A stretch of 41,021 nucleotides of DNA from Candidatus Kuenenia stuttgartensis (lineage in GTDB: Bacteria; Planctomycetota; Phycisphaerae; Phycisphaerales; SM1A02), in assembly GCA_945870915.1 (NCBI GenBank), contig CAMBUI010000001.1:1-41021 (forward strand), written 5' to 3'. Made by a program: the position numbers and the translations under genes. Numbering within the stretch: position 1 is the first letter of the stretch; every line of letters begins with the position of its first letter. The notes below the pieces were generated by a model, which had not been told where the DNA came from, searched no databases, and saw only the letters and a list, made by a program, of their open reading frames with translations. Shown piece after piece: positions 29,992 through 39,732 of this stretch.

Positions 29992-30827
29992 GCGATCAGA
30001 CACACGCCCCGACGAACGAGCGGACGACCGATCCGAGGCTTGCGGATCCGAGGCTTACGGATCCGAGCCCCCCCCGCGCCCGTCCGCGCATCCTGATCGC
30101 CATCCCGGTCTTCAACGAGGAGAAGTCGGTCGACCGCGTGCTGACCGAGGTCGCCCGGCACGCCGCGGGCTTCGGCGGCGAGATCCTGGTGATCGACGAC
30201 GGATCGACCGACGGAACGCCGGCGGCGCTCGCCCGCCATCCGGTCGAGGTGATCCGCCACGGAAAGAACCGCGGCTACGGCCGGGGAATGCAGGACATGC
30301 TCGAGTGGGCGGATTTCCGCGGCTACGACTGGGTGATCTCGATGGACTGCGACGAGCAGCACGAGCCGGCGAGCCTGCCGGGGTTCGTGGCCACGATCGA
30401 GCGCGGCGCGTCGGACATCGTGTCGGGCTCGCGCTACATCGACGAGTCGCTGCCGGGCGACCCCGCACCCGAGGACCGGCGCCGCATCAACGCGCTGCTC
30501 ACGCGCGAGATCAACGAGCGGCTCGGCCTCGGCATCTCCGACGCCTTCTGTGGCTACAAGGCCTATCGCGCCAGCGTGTGCGCACGGCTGCGCCTCGATG
30601 CCAACGGCTACGAGTTCCCGATGCAGTTCTGGGTGCAGGCGTGCGCGGCGGGGCTGCGCATCGAGGAGCTCGCGGTGCGCCGCATCTACGTCGACATGAC
30701 GCGCACCTTCGGCAGCGGCCTCGATGTGCCGGATCGGCGCCTCGCCGTCTACCGCGAGACGATGCACCGGGAGATCCGCCGCTGCGCGCGCCGGCTTCCC
30801 GTGCGGGCGATGGATGGCCTCGGATGA
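29988..30827 (+). CDS. family 2 glycosyltransferase (DPM1/polyprenol-phosphate-sugar synthase-like, no TM segment)
   Basis: Track ORF 29901-30827, trimmed to the ATG at 29988. Motifs present: ILIAIPVFNEEKSV, LVIDDGSTDGT, the DxD motif MDCDEQH, and GSRY..DAFCGYKAY. Confidence 0.85.
   Translation: MSDQTHAPTNERTTDPRLADPRLTDPSPPRARPRILIAIPVFNEEKSVDRVLTEVARHAAGFGGEILVIDDGSTDGTPAALARHPVEVIRHGKNRGYGRGMQDMLEWADFRGYDWVISMDCDEQHEPASLPGFVATIERGASDIVSGSRYIDESLPGDPAPEDRRRINALLTREINERLGLGISDAFCGYKAYRASVCARLRLDANGYEFPMQFWVQACAAGLRIEELAVRRIYVDMTRTFGSGLDVPDRRLAVYRETMHREIRRCARRLPVRAMDGLG
30030..30069 (+). repeat. in-frame 15-nt tandem repeat (about 2.7 copies) encoding DPRLA-DPRLT-DPS at the GT2 N-terminus
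   Basis: The units are gatccgaggcttgcg / gatccgaggcttacg / gatccgagcc, read directly from the sequence and in frame with the CDS. Confidence 0.8.
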
Positions 30828-32047
30828 GCGGCGACCTTCGGATCCTCGGTCGGCCGCTCGACGCCTGGAGGCGCGAGATGCGGGAGGAACTCGGGATTCC
30901 CTCCGACCGGCCGGTGGTCATGACCGGGCACCAGGCGGGCATCTGGCACGCTGGAATCGCGGAGAAGTTCGTCGTCGGAGCGAGGCTCGCGGCCGAGCGC
31001 GGCGGCGTGCTCGTGCATGTGGTCGTCGACCACGACCTGAACGATGCGTCGTTGGTGGCGTTTCCCGGGCTGGTGCAGGGCAAGCTCGCCAGGCTCGCGC
31101 TCGAGCGGTCGCCGCGCGCCGGCACGGGCGCGCCGAACGCCCTGCGGAAGCCCGTGCGCACGATGCGGCCCGAGCGCGCGCACGAGGTTCCCGAGGAGAT
31201 CGAGGCTTCGCTCGCGCGAATCGAGCGCGCGATCGCCGCCGAGCGGGGACGCGAGAACCTCGCGATACAGATGGCGCATGCCGCGAACGCGCTGCTCGCG
31301 CCCGATGCCCGCGTCGACCACACGATCGCCGCCACCGCGATCGCCGCCACGGGCTTCGCCTCGGCGATTCGCGCGGGCTTCGCCCCGCTGCGCGACGCCT
31401 ACAACGAGGCGGTCGCGGGCGAGCGGATCGCTCCGGTCGCCGCGGACGAACTGCCGTTCTGGAAGCTCGATCGCGCGGATTCGTCGCGCGCGCCGCTCCT
31501 CGAGGGCGATGCCGCCGTTCAGGTCGCCCCGCGCGCGCTGACGCTCACCGCGCTCGCACGGCTCGCGCTTTGCGATGTGTTCATCCACGGCACCGGCGGT
31601 GCGCGCTACGACCTCGCGATGGAGCGCTGGATCGGCGCGGCGTTCGGCGAGGATGCGCGCGCGGCGCTCGCACCGATGCTGGTCGCGACCGCCACGAGGC
31701 ACGCGCCGCTGGCGCGCTTTGTGCCGCCGTTCGATGCCGGCGCGACTCCCGAGGCGCTCCGCGCGCTCGAGCAGGATCCGTTCGGCGACGACGGTGCGAC
31801 CAAGCGCGCACTGCTCGCCCGCATCGCGGGATCACGCGCCGAGAAGCGGACTGCCTTCGTGGCGATGCGCCGACGGATCACCGGGGCGCGCGGCGAGCGG
31901 GCAGCCGAGCTCGAGTCGCTCCGCACGCGGATCGCGGCGAACCGCGAGGCGCTCGCGGCCCACGCGCTCGCGACCGACCGGACGTGGCCGTTCGCCCTTG
32001 CCACGCCTACCGCCTCCGCGCCGAATTCCGACCACGCTGTCGACTAA
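30824..32047 (+). CDS. BshC-like (DUF2317-type Rossmann-like ligase) family protein, putative; function unknown
   Basis: Track ORF 30305-32047, trimmed to the ATG at 30824, which overlaps the GT2 stop (ATGA). From memory, the motifs VVMTGHQAGIWHAGIAEKF, VVVDHDLND and FIHGTGGARYD plus a helical, coiled-coil-like C-terminus resemble the bacillithiol BshC family. I have not verified this by search. Confidence 0.6.
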   Translation: MSGDLRILGRPLDAWRREMREELGIPSDRPVVMTGHQAGIWHAGIAEKFVVGARLAAERGGVLVHVVVDHDLNDASLVAFPGLVQGKLARLALERSPRAGTGAPNALRKPVRTMRPERAHEVPEEIEASLARIERAIAAERGRENLAIQMAHAANALLAPDARVDHTIAATAIAATGFASAIRAGFAPLRDAYNEAVAGERIAPVAADELPFWKLDRADSSRAPLLEGDAAVQVAPRALTLTALARLALCDVFIHGTGGARYDLAMERWIGAAFGEDARAALAPMLVATATRHAPLARFVPPFDAGATPEALRALEQDPFGDDGATKRALLARIAGSRAEKRTAFVAMRRRITGARGERAAELESLRTRIAANREALAAHALATDRTWPFALATPTASAPNSDHAVD

Positions 32048-32062
32048 CGGCCGGTCCGGCCG
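32048..32062. other. 15-nt perfect palindrome that fills the whole spacer between two convergent stop codons
   Basis: The sequence cggccggtccggccg lies between TAA (32045-32047, + gene) and CTA (32063-32065, the TAG of the - gene). Confidence 0.5.
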
Positions 32063-33034
32063 CTACACCAGCGGATCGGGCCGGTAGATCTTGGTGTCGA
32101 GCGCCCAGACCTTGTCGGTCCATTCGCCGCCGCCGGCGAACTCGCGCTTGGCCGCCGTGAGCGCAGCCTGCGCCTTGGCGTCGAGGTTGTCGAGCATGGC
32201 GACGAACACCGCCTCGGGCGTCGCGGGCACCTTCGCCGCGCCGAACTCGGGCAGCGCGTGGTGCGACACGATGATGTGCTGCAGCACGCGCATCGTCTCG
32301 CCCGGGAGCTTCTCGACCTTCGCGGCATGGGCCGCCTTGATCTGCAGCCACACGGCGCCGCGCACCACGTGGCCGACGAGCTGCCCCTCGGTGGTGTAGT
32401 TGAAGCCGCGCTCCCAGTCGAGCTCGACGGTCTTTCCGAGGTCGTGCGCGAACAGCGAGAACAGCACGATGTCGCGGTTGAGCGCCGGATAGAGCGGGAG
32501 CATGCGGTCGGCGAGCTCCATCATCTGGTGGGTGTGCTCGAGGAGGCCGCCGATCCACGCGTGGTGCACGCTCATCGCGGCGGGAGCGCGGCGGAAGTCC
32601 TCCATGAGCCGCTCGTCGCCGAGGTACTGCTCGGCGAGGGCGCGCATGGCGGGGTGCGCCATCGAGCGCAGCAGCTCGGACACGCGGCCGAACATCGTGC
32701 CGATGTCCTTGGTGGTCGACGGCAGCAGCGCCATCATCTCGTCGGCGGAGACCTCGCGCGCCTCGATCTGCTCGATGATCAGCTGGACCTGTCCCTGGTA
32801 GGCCTGGGTCGAGCCGCGCAGGAACACGAAGCCGGTCGCGGTCACTGCCTCGAACTGCGGCTCCTCGAAGCTCCACGCGCGGGCGGAGATCTCGCCGCTG
32901 GCATCGCGGATCATGCACTTGAGGTAGGGCTTGTTCGTGCGCGTCTGCGCGAGCTGCGGGTTCACGATCGAGTAGACGCCCTCCACGTAGGTGCGGTCCT
33001 CGAGCGTGGCGATGCGCTGGTGATCCTTGAGCAT
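32063..33034 (-). CDS. OB-fold/HD-domain 3'-5' exoribonuclease, YhaM-like
   Basis: Track ORF 32063-33586, trimmed to the ATG at 33034 (MLKDHQRIATLEDR...). It has an N-terminal OB-fold (YLKCMIRDASGEISARAW) and an HD domain (HHAWIGGLLEHTHQ ... LFAHDLGK ... IIVSHH). Confidence 0.8.
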   Translation of the reverse strand: MLKDHQRIATLEDRTYVEGVYSIVNPQLAQTRTNKPYLKCMIRDASGEISARAWSFEEPQFEAVTATGFVFLRGSTQAYQGQVQLIIEQIEAREVSADEMMALLPSTTKDIGTMFGRVSELLRSMAHPAMRALAEQYLGDERLMEDFRRAPAAMSVHHAWIGGLLEHTHQMMELADRMLPLYPALNRDIVLFSLFAHDLGKTVELDWERGFNYTTEGQLVGHVVRGAVWLQIKAAHAAKVEKLPGETMRVLQHIIVSHHALPEFGAAKVPATPEAVFVAMLDNLDAKAQAALTAAKREFAGGGEWTDKVWALDTKIYRPDPLV

Positions 33035-33110
33035 CCGCGCAATGTAGCCGAGAGCGGGCGCCGCACGGCCGATGCGCCGTGCATGCACGCTCCACGCGCG
33101 AACGGCACGC

Positions 33111-34034
33111 TCATCCGGCGCGCATCGCGCGCATCGCATCGGGCGCGAGGTCGGCGATCTCGTGGGCAAGCGCGCCCGCGTCGCCGTGCGCATCGCGCCA
33201 GAGGTCGCCGGCGCGGGCATGGATCTCGACCGCGAGCGCGGCGAGCGCGGCGGGCGGCATCGCGTCGGAACCGACGCTCCTCGCGCCGAATTGCGCGAGC
33301 ATCGCCGCGACCATGCCCGACAGGACATCCCCGCTGCCGCCCGTCGCAAGCGCCGCATTGCCACGGTCGCAGCGCCAGGTCCGGAGACCGTCGCTGGTGA
33401 CCGTCCCCGCACCCTTGAGCGCCACGACGGCGCCAAGCCGCTGCGCGAGCGCGATCGCGGCGGCGGGACGGGTCGCGCGCTCGACGCAATCGAGGTCGAG
33501 CGCAAGCGCCTCGGCAAGCGCGAGCGCCTCACCGGGATGCGGCGTGAACACCACGGTGCCGCGCAGGTCGCGCGCAGCGTCGACATGGCCTGCGAAGAGC
33601 CGAATCGCGTCGGCGTCGACGACGACGGGCGGGCCGTCCATCGCGAGCAGCCGCATCACGACCTGCCCGGCCGCGACGCTCCGACCGAGCGCCGGACCGA
33701 CCACCACCACCGTCGCCTCGGCGAGCGCCGCGTCGATCGCCTCTGCGGCGGCCGATGCGTCGAGCTCTCCATCCGGTCCGACAGGCAGCGCCACCACGGT
33801 CGCCTCGGGCAGGATCGCCAGCGCATCGGCCGCGAGCGGCTCGGGAACCGCGACGATCGCCCGACCTGCGCCCGCGCGCAACGCACCGCGCGCGGCGAGC
33901 ATCGCGCCACCGAGCATGCGTCGCGGCGCGTGCGCGCATCCGCCCACGACGAGCACGGACCCGAAGGTGCCCTTGTGCCCGCGCGGTTCGCGCGGAGGCA
34001 GCGCGGGATCCTGCTGGAACTCGACGGCGTTCAC
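33111..34034 (-). CDS. nnrD: ADP-dependent NAD(P)H-hydrate dehydratase (YjeF C-terminal / carbohydrate-kinase fold)
   Basis: This is the in-frame tail of track ORF 33111-35561. The GTG start at 34034 overlaps the upstream stop (GTGA). Motifs: HKGTFGSVLVVGG, VVDADA, LKGAGTV, ATGGSGDVLSG. No N-terminal epimerase domain. Confidence 0.85.
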   Translation of the reverse strand: MNAVEFQQDPALPPREPRGHKGTFGSVLVVGGCAHAPRRMLGGAMLAARGALRAGAGRAIVAVPEPLAADALAILPEATVVALPVGPDGELDASAAAEAIDAALAEATVVVVGPALGRSVAAGQVVMRLLAMDGPPVVVDADAIRLFAGHVDAARDLRGTVVFTPHPGEALALAEALALDLDCVERATRPAAAIALAQRLGAVVALKGAGTVTSDGLRTWRCDRGNAALATGGSGDVLSGMVAAMLAQFGARSVGSDAMPPAALAALAVEIHARAGDLWRDAHGDAGALAHEIADLAPDAMRAMRAG

Positions 34035-35598
34035 GGCGACTTTCCACCTTCCGGAGCGGCGCCGGCCTCGCCGGCACCGTCGACGACGCTCACCTTGAGC
34101 GCTCCGATCAGCGAGAGCGCGCGCGAGAACGCGGGGTCGGTGGCGCCGCCCGAGAGGTCGCTCGTCGCGACCAGGATGTGCGCCGGATGATGGCCGCGGC
34201 CCTCGGAGCCCACCGTCGCGTCGAAGTCGACCCAGCCGAGGCCGCCGCCGCCGGCGACGAACGGCGGCTCGACGAGCACCTGGGTCCAGAGATGCCATCC
34301 CCAGCCCGGCCCCTTGCCGCCGAGGTCGGGCACGTAGACGAGCCCACTGGCGACGCGCGCCGGGATCCCCGCCGCGCGGCACAGCGCCGCGAGCAGCACC
34401 GCATGCTCGGTGCAGTCGCCGCTGCGCGTACGCGCGGCCTCGCTGGCCGAACCGAACGCGGTCGCCATGTTCTTGTCGCGCAGGTGGCGCGACACCAGCA
34501 GTCGCAGCGCATTGGCCCGCTCGCGCGGCGACACACCCTCGCCGAGGCGGGCCTTGGCGAGCAACCCGCGCACCGCCTCGCTGTCGCTGTCGATCAGCTC
34601 GCTGGGCTTGAGCCAGCGCGGATCCGAGCGGTCGCCCGGCTTCTCGCCGCTCGCCCGCAGCACGTCGACCGAAACGACCGCGGTGCGCGCGTCGATCCGT
34701 CGGAACGCCTGCGACCCCTCGGTGGGAAGGTCCGGCATCTCGCCGGCGGTCGCCTCGAGCCGCAGCTCGAGGTTCGTCCGCTCCTCGTACCGCGCGATGC
34801 GCGGCGACGGCACGAAGGTCCCCGCGAGCAGGTCGAACGAGGCGCGCGCGTAGCAGGCGTCGGCCTCCGCGCGCGTCGACCTGCGCGACACGAGGTCGCC
34901 GAGCCCGATCGAGGTCGTGCTCTCGCAGAGCCTCGCCTCGGCGTCGTAGAGGTCGCGCGCCACCACCGGCTGGATGCTGTTGCGGACCTCGTACTGCACC
35001 AGCCTGAGCGCGCGGTCGGCGATGCGTCGCTCGGCCTCGCCAACGCGCCGCATCGCGATCTCCGCCACCACGAAGCCGCTCTGCACATCGAGTGTCGCGA
35101 AGCGGATCTCGGCGGCACCCGCGGCGTGTCGCGCGGCGATGAACGCCGTGACCTCGCGCGGCGTCAGCCAGGCATCGCCGGCAAGCTCGCGCACCTCGCG
35201 GACCGCGCCGCGCTCCATGCGGGCACGGCGGGGCGACTCGAACACATAGCGCACGGCCTCGGCCCCGCGCTGGCGCACGGTCGCCTCGACCGGCTCGCCC
35301 CGCGCGTCCTCGACGAACTCGCTGGCGAGCTCGATCCGCGTCTCCTGACCCAGCCGCACGAAGCGCATCTCGATCGTCGAGACCGTGCGGTAGTGGTCGC
35401 CCGCGCGCTCGATGCGCTCGGAGGTCCGTCCGCACGGATGACCGCCGAGCGTGAGCGCGTAGAACGACTCCTCGACGAGCTCCCACTCCGCGCGCGCCGT
35501 CGGCCCCGCGGCCGACTGCACCACATCGAGCGGGAGCGGCGCCGCGCCGAGCGCGATGCACGCCGCCGCCAGCATCGCACCAGCGGCGGCGCGGCGCA

Positions 35599-35599
<1 letters not shown>
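34031..35599 (-). CDS. secreted transglutaminase-like cysteine protease superfamily protein
   Basis: Track ORF 34031-36013, trimmed to the ATG at 35599, which overlaps the lysS stop. The signal peptide is MRRAAAGAMLAAACIALGAAP. Cys-His-Asp core: GDCTEHAVLLAALCRAAGIPARV, WGWHLWTQV, WVDFDAT. Confidence 0.8.
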
Positions 35600-37257
<1,658 letters not shown>

Positions 37258-37344
37258 AGGCCCCGAATCCTAGCAAGACTGGTCAATCCACTTCGACTTG
37301 GAGCGATTTGGCGCTACGCTGCCCGACTTCTCTCGGAACCCCCT

Positions 37345-38487
37345 ATGTCACCCTCGACTCGTCGACTCGGAATCCTCACTGGCGGCGGCGACTGCCCCGG
37401 CCTCAACGCCGTCATCCGCGCGGTCGCCAAGACCGCCATCCTCCAGTACGGCATCGAGGTCGTCGGCATCGAGGACGGCTTCCAGGGCCTCATCGAGCAC
37501 CGCGTGCGCCCGCTCGGCCTCAAGGACGTCTCCGGAATCCTCACGCGCGGCGGAACCATCCTCGGTTCCAACAACAAGTGCAATCCCGCGCGCTACTGCA
37601 CGGGTCGCAAGCCCGACGGCACCCCGATCTGGGAGGACGTCACCGAGAAGTGCCTGACCACCATCGCCCGCGAGCGCCTCGACGGGCTGATCGTGATCGG
37701 CGGCGACGGCACCATGGCGTGCGCCGCCCCCATCGCGGCCGCCGGCATCAATGTGATCGGCGTCCCCAAGACGATCGACAACGACCTCGTCGGCACCGAG
37801 ATCACCTTCGGCTTCCTCACCGCCGTCGCCACCGCCACCGAGGCGCTCGACCGGCTGCACTCGACCGCCGACAGCCACCACCGCGTGATGGTCTGCGAGG
37901 TCATGGGCCGCAACGCGGGCTGGATCGCGCTCACCGCCGGCGTGGCCAGCGGCTCCGACGTCATCCTGCTCCCCGAGATCCCCTTCGATCTCCGCAGGAT
38001 CGCCGACGACATCGAGCGCCGCATGCGCGGCCCGGGCTTCGCGATCGTCGTCGTCGCCGAGGGCGCGCGCCCGGCCAACGGCAACCAGGTCGTCGGCCGC
38101 TACGACCCGACCAGCCCCGACCCGATCCGCTTCGGCGGCATCGGCAACCTGGTTGCGACCGAGATCTCCGACCTCACCGGCATCGAGACCCGCACCACGG
38201 TCCTCGGGCACACCCAGCGCGGCGGAGCGCCCATCGCCGCCGACCGCATCCTCGCCACCAACTTCGGCTTCCACGCGATGGCGCTCCTCGCGAGCGGCAA
38301 GCGGAACCGCATGGTGGTGCGCGAGAACAACCTGTTCTCCGACATCGACCTGTTCGAGACGGTCGGCAAGCAGCGACTCGTGCCGGTCGACCACCCGCTC
38401 ATCGCCGCCGCGCGCGCCATCGGCACCAGCTTCGGAGACGGCGCGGGCTCGATCGTCCCCAAGGCGATTCCGACGGCGGTCGTCTGA
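37345..38487 (+). CDS. pfkA: 6-phosphofructokinase (PFK-A family; phosphoryl donor not assignable from sequence)
   Basis: This is the in-frame tail of track ORF 36085-38487, with the ATG at 37345. Motifs: LGILTGGGDCPGLNAVIR, VIGGDGTM, VPKTIDNDL, MGRNAGW, GHTQRGG. Confidence 0.9.
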   Translation: MSPSTRRLGILTGGGDCPGLNAVIRAVAKTAILQYGIEVVGIEDGFQGLIEHRVRPLGLKDVSGILTRGGTILGSNNKCNPARYCTGRKPDGTPIWEDVTEKCLTTIARERLDGLIVIGGDGTMACAAPIAAAGINVIGVPKTIDNDLVGTEITFGFLTAVATATEALDRLHSTADSHHRVMVCEVMGRNAGWIALTAGVASGSDVILLPEIPFDLRRIADDIERRMRGPGFAIVVVAEGARPANGNQVVGRYDPTSPDPIRFGGIGNLVATEISDLTGIETRTTVLGHTQRGGAPIAADRILATNFGFHAMALLASGKRNRMVVRENNLFSDIDLFETVGKQRLVPVDHPLIAAARAIGTSFGDGAGSIVPKAIPTAVV

Positions 38488-38558
38488 ATCCCGACCGGTC
38501 GGCAGGACAGTGTGAGACCAACGCCGCCGCGCAGTAGGATGCGGCCACAGGACGAAAG

Positions 38559-39434
38559 ATGGACCCCGCGATCTTCCTCGATCGAGACGGCACGCTCGTG
38601 CCCGATGACGCCAACGCCGGCATTCCCGCGCGGGTGGCCCTCGTCGACGGCGCGGCGCCCTCGCTCCGCCGCCTGCGCGACGCCGGCTTCCGCCTCGTGG
38701 TCGCCACCAACCAGGGCGGCGTCGCGCGCGGCCGCTTCACCGAGGGCGATGTCGACGCGGTGCACGCGAAGCTGTCGGAGCTCATCGACCAGCAGACGGG
38801 GCTGAAGCGCACCATCGAGCGCTTCTACTACTGCCCGTTCCATCCCAAGGGCATCATCCCCGAGTACACCCGCGAGCATCCCTGGCGCAAGCCGCGGCCG
38901 GGCATGCTGCTGCAGGCCGCGCAGGACATGGAGCTCGAACTCGAGCGCTCGTGGCTCATCGGCGACTCGCCCCGCGACGTCGCGGCCGGCCGCACCGCGG
39001 GACTGCGCACCATCCTCGTCTCGCGCGACAAGGCGCGGATCGCCGATGCCGCCGCCGACTACTCGGCCGCCACGCTCGCCGAGGCGGTGGAGATCGTGCT
39101 GCGGCACCGCGACGAGACCACCGCTTCGATCGCGACCGCGCGCACGCCCGCTCCCGCGCGCACGACGGCGCGCCGGGTGCGGCGCGAGCGCGACAGCGAG
39201 CGCCTGCGCCGTGGCCTGGCCGAGCTCACCGAGGAGGTCCGCGCCCTGCGCCTGCGTCGCGCGGAGGCGAGCTCGCTGCGCCTCTCGGCCATGGGGCTGC
39301 AGCTCGTCGCCGTGCTGGTCATCGCGGTCGCGTTCCTCAACCTCGCCGACTTCGAGAACTTCGCGCGCTGGGCTGCGGCCGCGGCCATGATCCAGCTGGT
39401 CACGATCACGATCCTGCTCTTCGATCGGCAGTGA
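38559..39434 (+). CDS. GmhB-like HAD-IIIA phosphatase fused to an Arg-rich helical linker and two C-terminal TM helices
   Basis: 291-aa ORF with HAD motifs FLDRDGTLV, VVATNQGGVARG, RKPRPGML and IGDSPRDVAAG. The C-terminus has RRVRRERDSERLRRGLAELTEEVRALRLRR, then GLQLVAVLVIAVAFLNL and AAAAAMIQLVTITILLF. Confidence 0.75.
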   Translation: MDPAIFLDRDGTLVPDDANAGIPARVALVDGAAPSLRRLRDAGFRLVVATNQGGVARGRFTEGDVDAVHAKLSELIDQQTGLKRTIERFYYCPFHPKGIIPEYTREHPWRKPRPGMLLQAAQDMELELERSWLIGDSPRDVAAGRTAGLRTILVSRDKARIADAAADYSAATLAEAVEIVLRHRDETTASIATARTPAPARTTARRVRRERDSERLRRGLAELTEEVRALRLRRAEASSLRLSAMGLQLVAVLVIAVAFLNLADFENFARWAAAAAMIQLVTITILLFDRQ

Positions 39435-39435
39435 C

Positions 39436-39696
39436 ATGCCGCTGATCGCGCTGCGCGCCGCGTACCCCGACTCCCTCGCCGATCCGGCGCTGGCGGCGCT
39501 CGTGACCGCATGCGCGCAGGAGACCGCCGAGCACCAGGGCGTCGCGGCCCCGTCGGTCGCGATCCACGGCGACCGGGTCGAGCTCGTCGCCGAACTTCCG
39601 AACGCGGTGCTCCTCGCCATCGCCACCGAGGTGCGCCGGGCGACCGGCCGCTGGCACCGTGCGAAGTACGGCACCCCGCTGTGGTACGGCGAATAA
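39436..39696 (+). CDS. hypothetical small protein (86 aa)
   Basis: The ATG lies 1 nt after the preceding stop, on the same strand and with GC-rich third positions. No recognisable motif. It could be spurious. Confidence 0.4.
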   Translation: MPLIALRAAYPDSLADPALAALVTACAQETAEHQGVAAPSVAIHGDRVELVAELPNAVLLAIATEVRRATGRWHRAKYGTPLWYGE

Positions 39697-39732
39697 CGCG
39701 CCCGGCGCGTGTTTCCGTATCATCCGCGCCCC

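Noticed and set aside
37258-37344. A candidate sigma-70-like promoter for pfk: ttcgac, then 17 nt, then tacgct.
   Set aside because: Both hexamers are weak matches and nothing else supports them. The call is too speculative to list as a feature.
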